NCBI GenBank assembly: GCA_023213395.1
Contig: CM041465.1
Span: forward strand, 96,169,741 to 96,233,740
Source of the DNA: Cycas panzhihuaensis
Lineage: Eukaryota > Plantae > Cycadophyta
DNA length: 64,000 nt
Direction: 5' to 3'
A model generated the notes under the pieces. The model had not been told where the DNA came from, ran no database searches, and was given only the letters and a program-made list of their open reading frames with translations. Positions 25,562 to 39,431 of this stretch are shown piece after piece (position 1 is the first letter of the stretch; each line of letters opens with the position of its first letter). The position numbers and the translations under genes are program-made.

Positions 25562-27826
25562 AAAACTACCTTTACCACCTATGAGGGTATCTTTGTTTAT
25601 AAAGTGATGCCCTTCAAATTAAAGAATGATAAAGTTGTTTATCAAAGAACCATGGCATTTATTATTCATAACTTGAATGGCAATATTATTATCATATATT
25701 TAGATGATATTCTTGTACTCTCTCGATGATGACAAGATTATATTAAGGATTTAAGGATAATCTTTGAGAGATGCCATAAGTATCATCTATGTTTAAACCC
25801 CACCAAGTATATCTTTATAGTTTCTTATGGTAGGATGGTGTATAATATTATTTCTCATGATAGAATTAGAGTTGACCCTAATAAGGTAAAGGTAATTATT
25901 GAAATACCTTCTCCTTGAACACAAAAATAAGTCAAATCTTTCTTAGATAGAATTAGTTTTCTTAGATATTTTAATATTGATTTTGCTCCAAATGCCAAAC
26001 CTCTTATAAATCTTCTAAAGAAATAAGTTTCACTTGAATGGACTCCTTAGGCTCAAGAGTCCTTTGATAAGCTAAAGCAAGCATTGGTTTCCCCTCATGT
26101 TCTTACTCCTCTTATCATTAGAAAATCCTTTATTTTATATACCTCTTCTACTAAAGAGTCATTAGCTAGCATGTTAGCATAAGAAGATGATTTTGGAAAA
26201 GAGTGGGCTATTTACTTTATCAGTAAAACTTTAATTATAATGGATCTTCATTATCCTTCTACAAAGAAAGAGTTTTATTCTTTGGTCTTTGCTAATAAAA
26301 AGTTGCATTATTATCTCCTTAGCAACACTATCCTTCTTATTATTCAATCAGATCTAATTAGGTACCTTTTAACCAAGACAAATCTTATTGGATGATTAGG
26401 AAAATGGTCATTATTATTGGAAGAGTTTGATATCTAAATAGTTAATCAAAAGTCAAAGAAGGGAATGTTCATTGTTGAGATGATGGCAGATGCTTCTCTT
26501 CTAAATCATAATAATCAAGTCATTGATTATAGGTTTCCAAATAAGCATATCCTCCAGATCCAGGCTATCTCTTTAGAAGATCCTTAGTATGGAGAGATTG
26601 AGCCTTACTTACGAGATTAAACCCTTTCTTTTTCCTCCACATCGAAGAAGAGAAGAAGAATTTAAGTCGTTGCTTAACAATACCTTTTACTTGATGGTGT
26701 TCTTTATAAATGTTCTTTTGATGGGATTCTATTAAGATATCTTCTCCTAATTAAGCTCTTATCACCTTAATAGAATGTTATGGTGGAATATATATAGGTT
26801 ACTTTGGTAGTCAATCTACCAATCAACAAATCCTTCATATGGGATACTATTGGCCTTTATTATTTAAGGATGTAGATGCCTATGTTTCTCAATATAAGAA
26901 ATGTTAATCACATGTTATGTTAATTTATAAACCTACTTAAGAATAAAATATGTAGTGTCCCCTTGACCCTTTTCTCAATGGGGTTTAGATTTCATTGGAA
27001 AAATTTTTCATACATCATAGAATGGCCATAAATTTATCCTTACTACTACAAAATATTTTGTTAAATGGAGTGAAGTTATTCTATTAGTGTCAACCATAAG
27101 GAAGATTATTACTACCTTTATCTTTTAATATATTATTTATAGGTTCGGGGCTCCTAATGTTATCATTGCTAATAATGGCTCCTCATTTTATAATCCCTAT
27201 GCTAGTAAACTATGTGATAAATTTCATATTACATATAGGTTATCAACCCCATACTATCTGCAAGTAAATGACTAAGTAGAAGAGTTTAATAAAACTCTAG
27301 CTAAGATTTTAAGCAAGACTATAACAAACTCATACTATGATTAGCATACTTAATAATTTCTAGTATTATGGGCATAATAAACCTCTATTAGGAATGCTAC
27401 TAGTTTAACACCCTTTCCCTTATTATATGGCATTGAAGTGATCATTTCTCTTGAGGTTAAAATTCCTTCATTATGTATTTTATTAAAAGACTTTATTGAC
27501 AAAGAATTTCAAAGAGAAGCACATCTCTTGGAACTCAAAAAGGTGGATGAAACCTATTTAATAATATTACAGAATAATTTGGCTTTTAAAGCTAGAATTT
27601 AAGCTACCCATGATAAATAGCTTAGACCTAGGAAATTTTGTGTTCGTGATAAGCTGTTTAAGTTAGAATACCTCTATGATAAATAATAAAAAAAATTCCC
27701 AAAATGGACTAGACCTTATTTAATCATTAAGGATTTGAAAAGTAGTACTTATTGTATTTCCATATTAGAGGGCTTGGAGTTTAACAAGCCTATTAATTCC
27801 TAATTTATAAGGAAGTTTTATGCCTA
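25562..27826 (+). pseudogene. Tat-A RT (C-terminal half), RNase H and integrase
   Basis: YKVMPF..YLDD, KPFILYT..LASML, GKWSLLLEEFD, GYYWP, WGLDFIG, TPYY..NG and a GPY motif. No aRH between RH and INT. Confidence 0.93.
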
Positions 27827-28869
27827 ATAATGACTCTCTCTCTCCAAAGAGGATAAACTATGACTCTAAAAATCATATTGTTTAATAAGCTAAAACTACA
27901 AGCAATTTTTCTTTAATCATTTCTTTGATCCTTTCAACCTCCTTTAGCTTTCACAAAATAATATTCTATCCACCATGTAAGACTATTATCCTTAGTATGG
28001 CATAGGCATTGGTTGCTAGAATCCTCTTCTTAGTGCTATTATCTTCTATCATTTTACTTGCTCTTCTCTTTTGAGTCCTAAACTCAAAGGATAACTTTAG
28101 CCCCCAACTTTATCTTTGATAGTTATTTATAAGATAAAATCTATTTAGTCAACTTTAGTTATTATACCAATTGTCTATTTGGCTTTATTTTTATTCATCA
28201 TCCTATATATTTTCTCTTTACTCATATACCACCTACTTTTCTCTTCTATTCATTATCCCTAGTTTTCTTTACCATACTCTTAAGATAAATACTTCTTTTG
28301 TCACCCTTCCTTCATGTTTGGAAACACTGTGATTTAGATTCCCTTTTTGTTCGTTGCAATTCAATATTTAAGGAATTTGGTTGTTTTCACTTTATCTTAG
28401 TTTCATTAAAAAGGAGTAATCCTTACTACAATGAGAAGGGTATTTCATAATTAGATAATGGTGGTAATCATTTCCTTATAAACATTGAAAAGTTAACTTT
28501 TTAAAAAAATAAAAAAAGAAAAAAAAAAGGAGTTAAGAAAAAAATGATGATAAAGTAAAAAAATAATAATATATGTTGTCGTTACCATCCTCTTACTATC
28601 CAGAGCAAGTTGTATATCCCCACCTATATTTCCTATAGGTTGGGTTCATTTAGGTGGGTCACTCAAGATCTTCAAATCCAACTGCTTCGTTCCATTATCG
28701 CTTTAGTTGTGATCAAAACTTATTTGGTATATTTTATATTTTATTATTATCATGGTTGTGATTTTATCTTTTTCTCCTTGTATTCAAAACCATTTTATTA
28801 TCATTCACTGCTAACTTCTCATAGATTGATTCTTACAACTTTCCTTCATCGATCACTCCATCTCCATTG

Positions 28870-29262
28870 AGTATATTTACTGATAAAGGTAGTAGAGGTA
28901 ACCCATGACCATATGCTACTACATAGGTGATATATGATCAAACTGAAACCCTTCTTTCATCTATTAGCCTATTTTTACCTAGAGCAACCAATAATGAAGC
29001 TAAGTATTTTGCTATTATATGTGCTTTATTTGAGATTTCCTAGTTTTATCATGGTCTTTTCACTATTTACTCTAATGCATAGGTCATTGTCTACCAGTTG
29101 GTTGGTGTCTATCTGATCTATTCTACATAACTCATTCTCTATCATCAAGCTTCATCATTCATATCCTTATTTTCTTTTATTACTAGCTAGCATATGCCAT
29201 GCTCTCTTAATACTGAAGTTCATACCTTAGTTTCTCTTATCTTGAATAGCTATCTTAGATAG
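28870..29262 (+). pseudogene. Additional ('archaeal-type') RNase H (aRH) of Tat-A, downstream of integrase
   Basis: Frame 1 manual translation: SIFTDKGSRGNP*PYATT*VIYDQTETLLSSISLFLPRATNNEAKYFAIICAL...TIYSNA*VIVYQLVG...HMPCSLNTEVHTLV, the RNase HI-like FTDG-SRGNPG / TNN.AEY / DS..V..Q / HIPR..N pattern. Missed by the ORF track because of stops. Confidence 0.88.
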
Positions 29263-30099
29263 ATTTTATTCTATATTGGGCACACACCACTCTGAAATGA
29301 GTATGAACTACCATTCCATAAAGAGTATAAAGTATGGGTCTAGAAAATAGGAGTATGAGCTTTGTAAAGGCCAAGCTAATAGACTTGAGATAGGATGAAA
29401 TGTTAGAAAAAATAGACTGACATGGGAATCATGGGCTAAGGAGGATCTTAGAAAGGGGCAAGTCCCTTAAAGCCTCTTATCCCTAGAAGGAGACAATAAG
29501 GAATCCTATGTACTTGGGAAACTTGTTATTTATCAAGTGAAGAACTTCATTTATTTTATAAGCATCATGTTTCTTCCTAAATGTATTATATAGATATGGA
29601 TTTTGATATGTGTTTGTATAATCTATCCTGAGTATGATGTGAATTTTATAAGTCTCTCTTCCAAGAAAGGCTTATATTATTCCATCTTATACTCCCATAA
29701 ACTTATTACCATTTGTTTTCTTTCAGATGGATTTAGTTTTATGAGAATAGAATTGATAAATATTTTCCATCTACTCCCTCTTGTTCTTTAATTTATTTTC
29801 TTACCTTCACTTTTTTTTTTTTTAAAGACCTATTTTACTCCATAATGAGTATAAACTACCATGTGCATACTAAAGAAGAAATAAAAAAATAAATAAACAA
29901 AAAAAAAACTTTTATTTTCTTTCATATTTAGTCATAGTGGTGAGCATATACATACATAAAGGGGAAGTTAAAAAAGGGGGGGGGAATGGGTTTAAAGTCA
30001 ATATTTCCTTCATATGTTCATGTACATAATGATCAAAACAATAATATGTAAACATGGTAAAAATGCATGGCCATCATAATATATAACTACCAACATATG

Positions 30100-32000
30100 G
30101 CTCAAAATACATCATCTAAGGATATAAAACATCTCATAGCTCCTATTATAACTCCTCTTTATCTCCTCTCTATATAAAATATGTGCATCTCTATGATCCA
30201 TGGTGAGATCCTTCTTATCCTCCACCTAGTTCCACCTTGTCATTTTGACCCAGTGTATGTCCATATGTTGACTCTTTTCTAGGTGGAAGCTACCAACCCT
30301 ACATAGTGTCATACTCTTGGATGGAGTAACTCAACTACCTACAAGGACTAGGTTCATCCTCCTAAGATGATGCCTCTCATCCTTTACTACTTTGAGCTTA
30401 GTCTCTTATAGCCTTGGCTCCATCCTCATATCTTAGAACATGTCCTAAACTTATAATGCAAGACCAAAGTACTCAATTTAATCTCCTAGTAAGTCTCAAT
30501 TAATAACATTCCATGTTGGAGGCTCCTCAAACATATATGTATAAGGAAATATAAGGTCTATTATCCTTTATATCTCTAACAGGGTTAAGATCCTCTCACC
30601 TATTAATAAAAAACATTTCTAATCATGATCAGTCTCTTATTAAAGAAGAGAATAGATAATCAAAATATAACAATAACCAATGATATTTAATTTATAATAA
30701 TCGACATACCAATTGGTTGTGCTCCTCCTTCTAGCTAACCTCCTCTTGAGGGCTCTACTATCATCCCCTCTGTTAATTGTAAAGTTGCCTCCCCTTAAGG
30801 TTGTTAAGGAGGCTCTCCTCCTCTATCTTTGCCATCATCTCCCATCACTCCTTGGCCCTCTATTGAGCCCAAGTCCATGCTCCAGATAGAGCCTCTTCTA
30901 TTACCACTCGCTCCTTCCCTCTCCTAAACCACATCTCTCCCTCCTCTTCTACCTCCTCTAATCAATGGCTCTCCTCTCTTCCCTCTCCCTCCTCCACCTA
31001 TTGGATATTGAGTCACCTCTTATCTACCTCCTCGTCTACCTAGATGTTATCCAACCTCTCCTCATCCCTTGTTACTTCCTTAACCCCTCCCCCTCCCTCC
31101 AGCTATAACGGGAGCCTCCTTTATTGCTTCCCTCTTAGCTGCATCGACCTTATCATCACTCTATACTAGTAGCCCTTCATATGGATCTACTTCCAAGTGC
31201 CTCCCAGTCATCCTACTTAGTAAATAAGTATGAGTAGTCCTCACTACTATAGCCACTTGATTATGAATCTGGCACCTCATATGCCATTTGTTCATCCCTA
31301 GATCAATAATTATTAGCTCACCTAGTGCCCCTTCTAGTCTCATTAAAGGAATATAATCATACAAGTAACATATCAAAATAGAACTATAGGAAAAGCCTTC
31401 ACATCCTTGTCTCCTAATCCTAAATAACTAAAGGGTTATATTGTCCAAAATATACTACCCTCAGTTTATCCCCATCCCCTCCTTAGAGGCTTTGATCACT
31501 CCTGCCCACTAAGTTAAGACCCACATGAAATTTTAGGTTATCACAATCTAAAAAATGATGATTAAGGTAATTATTTTTCATAGAACTAGAATCCTCTCTG
31601 TTATCCTCATTGGCTTCATAGATACTTTGTGAGCTATGAATCAATCCACAAATCCTATTAAATATTAGTCATATGCCTCTTGAGACTCATCATCTAACAC
31701 TCAACTTAATCAAATCTCTCATTCATGCTAATTGACTTCTAATATCCTCCTAATATCTCTGAGAGTAATCTGGATATCTCTTATCCCTCGAACCCTAAAT
31801 ACATTCTCTTGAGGGAGCCAACAACTAATGAAATCATGTAAGATCTTATACTCCATCATGATCTAAATTGAACCACTTACCAGGGACAATCCATATCTAT
31901 GTAATTTGCCCCAATCATCCTCCTTTAAGTCACTTACTCACTCCCCAATTACTAGTCCTTCATTTTCTTGGGTATCTATCCTCTTAAGGATTATATCACA
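30100..32000 (-). pseudogene. Antisense extra ORF of Tat-A with a plant mobile domain (PMD)-like N-terminus and acidic/Gly-rich C-terminus
   Basis: ILHDFISCWLPQENVFRVRGIRDIQITLRDIRRIL (W.P..N.F....ITL.D...IL) and IN*G*YILDNI..GFSYSSILICYLYDYIP resemble PMD motifs. Ends approximate. Confidence 0.7.
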
Positions 32001-34661
32001 TAATATTCAACTAAGTTAGTCTCAAATTTTAATTCAAAAAATTTTCTTTCTTTTTTCAAAAACCTTTTCAAATTAAAAAATGTGAATTCGTAGTGAAAAA
32101 CATGATAACACCACCAAAAATATGATTTCTTAGTTAAATACATGATCTTCCAAATTTTTCAATTTGTAAAATTATATTTTTATTTCTAAAATTATATTTT
32201 GTATTATTATCATATTTTTCTTCTGTGTTACTATATTTTTCATCATAAAAATCTAATTTAAGAAAAAACCCTTCAAAGAAAAGCTTACTGGATATCTCGT
32301 TTCCTAATACATACTCCCAGAATCGACTCTCTAGAGTTGATATCATGCTGAAAAGGCCTCTCTATCATCTCCAATAGTCAAAAAATGGCTCTTGAAACCT
32401 CCATTTTCCAACTCTTGCTTGTAAAAATGAAATGAAAATCTTATCATTTTTTTATAAAAAGAGGCCATCTCTTTGCTTTTTTGCAAAATTTTTTCTTAGA
32501 CCCATTCAATCCTATTAATTTTATGTGACCTAATTTTAGTTATCTAAACTCTAAAGAGCTTCCTTTTCAACTTCAAATTTTATCATTTCATTCCATCAAT
32601 AAAGGTCTATTTTTCACCTTTGAAATAAACCTCTTTTATGATGATCCTTGTAGTTTTAAGTATAGCTCCAACATGTGTAACTATTTTTCAATCACCATAA
32701 TTTTTCAAAAATTCACTTGTTAAAGAGTTTAAACTATGTATTAGAATTAGAAATGCAAAACCATACAAACTCCTAATGGTGAGTAAATGATAAACAATAA
32801 AGTACAAAAAGATGAAGTACGTACAACAATAAATACAATGTGTGGAGAATTGGCCAAAACTCAATTATGAATAATGAAGAGTACATACTTATAATACATG
32901 CTCACCACTAGTGAGAGAACTCCATTGGTCTACTTAAAGGTGGAACACATATCATGGTGGCCCACAACTCTAATATAAAATACAAGAAATGGAGAGAGTT
33001 TATATAAGGTTAATATAATTGGGTATTACATCTAACATTCTCCTCTGTAATAGTCAATTACATAAATATCATCACATCAGTGATAAGCTCAAGTCTTCAA
33101 AAGTCTGTTGGATCACAAATGTTGCTACAGAGAATAAGAAGCTATCAAAGTCCATATGAAGTAGAGTCCATCTACCAGAATGTATGGGTCCTCAACTATT
33201 GTAACCGGCAGTTGGGTAGGAACCCCCTTTGTATATGTGGATCAATCAGGACTTGGCAAGAGTAGTTGAATAAGATCCCACCCCTTGCTTATATGAGAGT
33301 GCAAGTAGAAAAATATATATAATGCACATGGGACATGAAAAGTAAAAGTAGATTTAAAAGTGTGTCCTACCTCTTGCTCAATAGGACTAGCATTTATCCA
33401 GCATCTAATATCCAAAAATACAATGGCACTATGGCCTCAAACATGCCACATGGGCTAAAAGATGCCTCATTAGGCTAACAACTTGCCACCATGGGAAAAA
33501 TAACCAGCATTAGAAGTTTTTACATGATTGAAAAAATGAGATGTGACTCAAGTGTGGTATATATAACTCTCTATCATAAATGAAGTACAATATGATCACA
33601 ATAGGTTCTTTAAGAGCCAAAAATAAGACCATGGTATATGTCATCCCCTCCATTTCAGTTATATTACATCAAGAAGCCTAAAAAATGTAATATGTATCTA
33701 AAGAAGCTAAGAAAAAATAAAGAAAAATGGGAACTTATAACTTTGAACTAAAAATTCTCCATGAAAATAGCCACAAAATATATCAAATGACCTACCAAAT
33801 TAAAGGTCATTCTATTACTAACCCAATGCAATAGACAAGACTAAAATCAGAGGCTTGTAACTTAGGAAATAAATAAAAAGGTGACAAGTACCCTAGAAAA
33901 TATAAAAATTAGACATTAAGCCCCTTTAGTTGATAGTGGCTAGTCACATAGCACCTTCATATGACCAAGGGCTGAGGCACAAGGGGGATAATAGACCCCA
34001 AAAACTATCCAATATAATTAAATGTGATTTTTTAGAAATAAAAATAATTATCTCTAGTGAGTAGAAATTTGACGTTTACCATAATATATGCCAAAAACAT
34101 ATTTTAATTAAATAAATTTGATCGAATGCCCTAAGCTGTTAAGGTTTCAAATTTATTCACCACAAAGACCTCATTTGTTGCCATCAATCTATTTTCCATT
34201 GATGCAAGGGGTTGATGTGGATGTTGCCAAGTAATGCAGGTGATTCATGGCATACAGGCTTGGGCTTATTCCTCTAAATGTTCTAAGGAAATTTGATTCT
34301 CTAGAGTCTCTAATGAATGTGATGGTGATAGCCAGAGCATGTTAGAATTTATTATAGAGCACCATAGAGGATGAGGTGGTTGTCATCAGAGCAAGTAGGT
34401 TTGCGAGCTATCATTGTCAAATCTTAGTGTCACAGGTCTATGATCTAAAACAAGAGGCAGAGCACCATAGAGATTGTAGAGTCATAGTTGATTTTGCAGG
34501 TCTGCCATAGATTGCAGTAGTGCCACCATAGATGAAGTTGCAGGTAATGGAAATAATATTACTCCAATAAATACAGTCGATTAAATGGTAATTCCACCAG
34601 TTTAGTTCCCTCTTTTAATAATCTACAATAGATCATCCCAAGTGAAAATAATAGGGATGTC

Positions 34662-34743
34662 GATGTCATGCTTGTCCCTCATATCCCACCTATAGAGCAT
34701 GTTATCATCGAGCCCTAGAAATGTAGAACTGAAAGCATCCATC
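34662..34743 (-). pseudogene. Captured DEM/CYPRO4 (VID27 family) gene fragment
   Basis: [27 protein letters not shown] versus the recalled plant VID27/DEM motif [27 protein letters not shown]. Confidence 0.82.
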
Positions 34744-35635
34744 AACACGCTTTGTGTAGGGAAAGGAAGAATATCATCAACGATTAGGTTGATTGGTTCT
34801 AAAAACTTGTTCTAATTTTCTTCTCAGTTTGCATCGTCTCCAAGGAAAAGATCCTCAACATTCTCCTCCTCAATTTTTGGTGATTTATCTATTACATTAT
34901 TCTTCATCGAGCTTTATCACCTAAATATGCATGACACAGAAGAATTTAGGAGCATCTAATTATTAAGAAAGGATGATTCCTCCAAGACAAAATATACCAT
35001 TCTATTTATAATAACATCAGCAACCATGGCTGCCATTACATTTGAGATCCTAAAAGAGCTCATGTGGCTCTTTGAAAGAAGAAAGAATGTTATCAATATA
35101 AGCAGATTCATTCAGAAAGAGGCATCACTATATCCATGTATCAACATGGCAATTATATATTCTAGCCAATTCTTAGCCTTCACTGTGGTTAGCTTCTAAG
35201 CTTTTGTCTATGGCATTTGAATAGTTTTTTATCTCATTATAGGATATACCATTTCCCTTAACATTTAGTTGCTCCATTCAAATTCTGGTAGATTTCTACT
35301 CAAAAGCATCCTAGGAGGGCATCCAACACAAAAAAATAGCCTGCTTCTAAAATTTAAACTTGAAAGGGATGGAATATCCAAAATTGAAAGGTTTCATACT
35401 ATCATATGATATGATAAAAATATAGCATATATGTTTTCCAAAATATCTTCTAATAAAATAAACCCTTCAAACTAGTCAAATATCACCAACAACATCAAAA
35501 CACTTGAGGAGAGTTGTTCAAGGCCACAATCACCACTAATCATGGCAACTTCCTCCCTTTTTTGAAAAATACAGAAGAACATAGGCCAAATTTGAAGGCC
35601 TTAAATATAGAATTTTTTTTTTCAATACAGTAAGC

Positions 35636-35636
<1 letters not shown>

Positions 35637-35718
<82 letters not shown>

Positions 35719-35767
35719 TGTATGTATGTATGTATGTATGTATGTATGTATGTATGTATGTATGTAT
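35637..35767. repeat. Compound microsatellite (TA)n(TATG)n
   Basis: Seen directly. Confidence 0.99.
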
Positions 35768-36562
35768 CAACAAAAATAATATAGGACCTCTATCCACTTA
35801 TAGATTTACAAAAAAAATTCAAAATGGAGTCACTCTTGGCCAAGAAGAACTCTCTCAATTGTTGTCAATGATCCTGGCTGCATTCTTGTCTACTAACACG
35901 CAATGGAGATGGTCTTCTAGTAATTGGAATCTATACATGAGCTTTCATGGACTTTCACCTACATGCAATATTATTGTAGTGCTACATACATGAAAGATTT
36001 CCACTTGAGCAGCTTCAATAGACTTCAAAAATGGTCTTGAAAATAGCCTTTCATCAACATCATAATAGTCCTGCAGAACTTGATAGCAGCCCCATAATAA
36101 AATATGCATAAGATATAACTTGAAATGATCTTTAACTTGACAAATTCACCAAGTAGGCACATTAAAAAATTTACAAGGCTTAAAAACTCAAAAATAAGGA
36201 TAACATATACTAGGGTTTGCAATGGGGTCCTCAAGGATTGACCTTGGGATCTGATACCATGTTAGAAGTAAAAATGCAAAACTATACAAACTCTTAATGA
36301 TGAGTAAATGATAAACAATAAAGTACAAAAAGATAAAGTATATACAACAATAAATACAATGTGTAGAGAATTGACTAAAACTTGATTATGAACAATGAAG
36401 AGTACATACTTATAATACATACTCACCACTAGTGAGAGAACCCATTGGTCTACTTAGAGGTGGAACACATATCAAAGTGGCCCATAATTCTAATATAAAA
36501 TACAAGAAATAGAGAGAGTTTACATAAGGTTAATGTAATTGGTTATTACACCCAACACTATG

Positions 36563-36950
36563 AAAGGAATATACTCTAAGAAACTAACTCCTAATAAGCC
36601 TAAACTATGGTAACCTCATGCTCCAAAACTCAATTGTTGATAAGCATAAACTACAACAATCCAGTTCTAAAAAGTCACTTGTTAATGAGCTCATATACTA
36701 TGGCAATTTATCCCCCATACTCTAGCATGGGACCTTACCTTTGAAGCATGGTTAATGAGGTAAAACTATGACTACTATGTTTCTAAGCCCCATCTAATCA
36801 ATGGCCATTATTAGTAATGTTGTTCATTAAGTTAATTCTTAAGCTCCATCCAGTTTATGGGCATCCTTGATAGTACCATTTGATCGAATAAGTTTTAAAG
36901 CCCCATCTATTTGATGGGCATCTTGGTGATATTTTTGATGTAGTAAGGTT
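36563..36950 (+). repeat. Degenerate tandem repeats in the Tat-A 3' UTR
   Basis: Recurring cacttgttaa..aaactatg units (also at 32707-32738) and three aagcYccatc..atggScat units spaced ~56 bp. Confidence 0.6.
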
Positions 36951-37137
36951 AGGATTTACCATTAAAATTAATTTTTATTTAGCCTTAATAGCCTTTTAGA
37001 CTAGTTAAATTTTTTTTTCCACCCTTCCATCATCCATACAATCATCACTCCATTCCTTTTACTATCATTTTTTAGAGATTTTCACATATAAGATATTGCC
37101 ACATTTTACCATCCTACTTCTATCCCAAACTAGGAGC

Positions 37138-39431
37138 TGTAGGTATCAAGGGTATAAATGTTTCACCAAAATCTAGCCCCTCTATTAATGTATATCTACC
37201 TTTGATTATTTTATTTGATCATAGTATTAACTAATATTGCATTCAATAATTTGGAATATCATGTCATGCTTTTAACGAGTTGATGTGATTTTGGTGAAAT
37301 GTAATGTTGGTATTAATGATTAATGGTTAGATGATGATGTATGTATTATTATATCTTCCATATACCGATGAATGAAAATATAGTAACAAAATCTTTCCTT
37401 TTATCTATTTTGACCCACTTTTTCTTTTAAAATACCTTTTTGTTCCTATCTTTCTCTCTTGATTTTATAGTTTTGGTCATCAATCTATAACGTTTTTAGG
37501 CCTATGCTTAATCAATCACTTATTTTGGGTTATTTTTACCTTAAATAAAGTTATTTTTCTCTTTTATTCTTATTAATGTTTGACATTTTATTCTTGTTTT
37601 AATCAAATTCTACATTTCTTGTTTCTTCATATTTTTTATGTTGCCAAAAATATAATTTTATTCATAAAATATGATCAATAATATTTTATGAATAAAATCA
37701 CATTTTTCATCTTTTATAAAATATGATCAATCATATTTTATGAAGGAAATTACATTTTTTTACTGTGACCTATGTAAAATTTTTGAAGTCAATTAGGTCA
37801 TTTTCTCTCCAACTCTACATGTCATTCCCCATATTTCATGCTATCATCTTTTCTTTTACCTAGAAACCCTAGACTCAAGAGGACAGAGTATTGTTGCATC
37901 TTTGGAGGTAAGAAAGGAAGTGAAAAAGTGAGGATTAAGAAAGAAGATATTTGGAGACTTGGATAATACTATTGAAATCTTACTTTCTGATATTTGCTAA
38001 CATGTTTATCCTCTATAAAGCCTTCATCTGAGCTCTAAATCTCCAATAAGAAGTTTAGTAATGTTCTTTTACGAATCTCTTTTTAATTGTTTTGAAGTAT
38101 TATTTATCATATTAGGTCTTTTTTATGCTATCTTCTACATCTTGGTTTTATTTCTTACAGTGGTTATTGTTTCCTTGGAAAATTCTTGGCTAAAATGTTA
38201 TCCCTTTATGGGACTTTTAGGAGTTGACTATAAAGAAGAAAGCTCTTCCTCTTCATCATTATTTTATAGATTTTCCCTTCTATTCTCTATACCAATCAAT
38301 TTTTCCCAGAGATTTTTGTCTCATCCCTCTTGTTTTGGTGTTGTTTTTATGATATCTTTACAATTTCTCCTTTTAGCTGCCTATTTTAAAAGGAATATTG
38401 GTTTAAAAAAAAAGAGTATTACTATCCTAAGGCACAACTATGGTGATTTTTATGGAGAAATTCTATGGTTATTTAGAATGCCTTCCTTGATTATTTATTT
38501 TTCCTTTCTTCTTGTAAAAGATTTCACAAACCAACAAGATTATAAAGGATAGACTTTGCATGTCTTTCTTGATGCTTATTTTATGAGAGATGGAATGAAT
38601 TTATCAATTTTTATGGTTGCATGTTACTTCATGAATCCTTAATTCTTTCGATACTTTTATATTTATGTTCTCAATAAATCATATAGGTAAATTTTTGCTT
38701 GTATGTTTATTATAACTCTTGCATGCCACATTCTATGGTTTATCATCTTACTTTGGAATGTTTTTATGGTTCAAAAGTTCTATATCTATTGAAAAATCAT
38801 GCTTATAAGTGGAAAGGACTTAAAAAGAAGCTTCATGTGCCCTTAGCCTTTATCATTAGGTGTGTATAAAACTTTATTTTACAAAGCTTATTTCTATCTT
38901 TTTATTTAAAATAAAAGTTTATTCAACAAGGTTAGGAAAAGATTTCTTTTGATTTTAGAAAGGTTTTATTTAAAAGGTATATTCAAAAAAAAAAAGTGAT
39001 TTCTTTTAGTTTTTGGTGTGATTCTCTTCAGTTTTACTAGTTTTTTCTTCCATGTGATTTGGTCTTATGAGTGTATGATTACATAATTATATTCATTTTT
39101 CTTTTCTTTAATTAAACTTAAAATATTGAAAGAGATTAAGGAAAGGACAAAAATAAAAAATATTATCAATGTAGCCTTAAACTTAAATATCCTCTACCTA
39201 TTTGTGTAGACTAGTATATCCTTTCACTTAGTCACAACCACATATTCTAGCCTCTTACTTTTAAATATATTTTAACCATAAAACACAAATAAGTATAGAC
39301 TTCTTCTTAGGAGTTGGTAAAAGTGGTTCTAGGGTCCTTATAGGCTGACATATCTTTTATTATTCTATAGAAATAGAAGAAACATAATGATATTGAGAGA
39401 TAATCAACCTAGACCATTTCCAAGGTAACCA
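37138..39431 (+). repeat. Tat-A 3' LTR (~2.3 kb)
   Basis: Starts TGT after the PPT, ends CA, and its last ~187 bp match 1-189. The start is inferred from the PPT only. Confidence 0.8.

Larger units (their letters stand above)
32739..36557 (-). mobile_element. Non-autonomous LTR retroelement (Copia-like termini, no recognisable gag/pol)
   Basis: LTRs at 32739-33037 and 36260-36557, perfect TSD CTATG, PBS reverse complement tctgatacca ending at 36259, PPT complement ttctcctct at 33038. Confidence 0.93.

Noticed and set aside
35170-35280. TPR-like peptide (minus strand EQLNVKGN..KNYSNAI) as another captured gene
   Set aside because: Similarity is too weak to call without a search.
38061-38552. 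163-aa hydrophobic ORF as an env-like or membrane protein
   Set aside because: It lies in the T-rich Tat-A LTR; the F/L/I bias follows base composition and no motif is recognisable.
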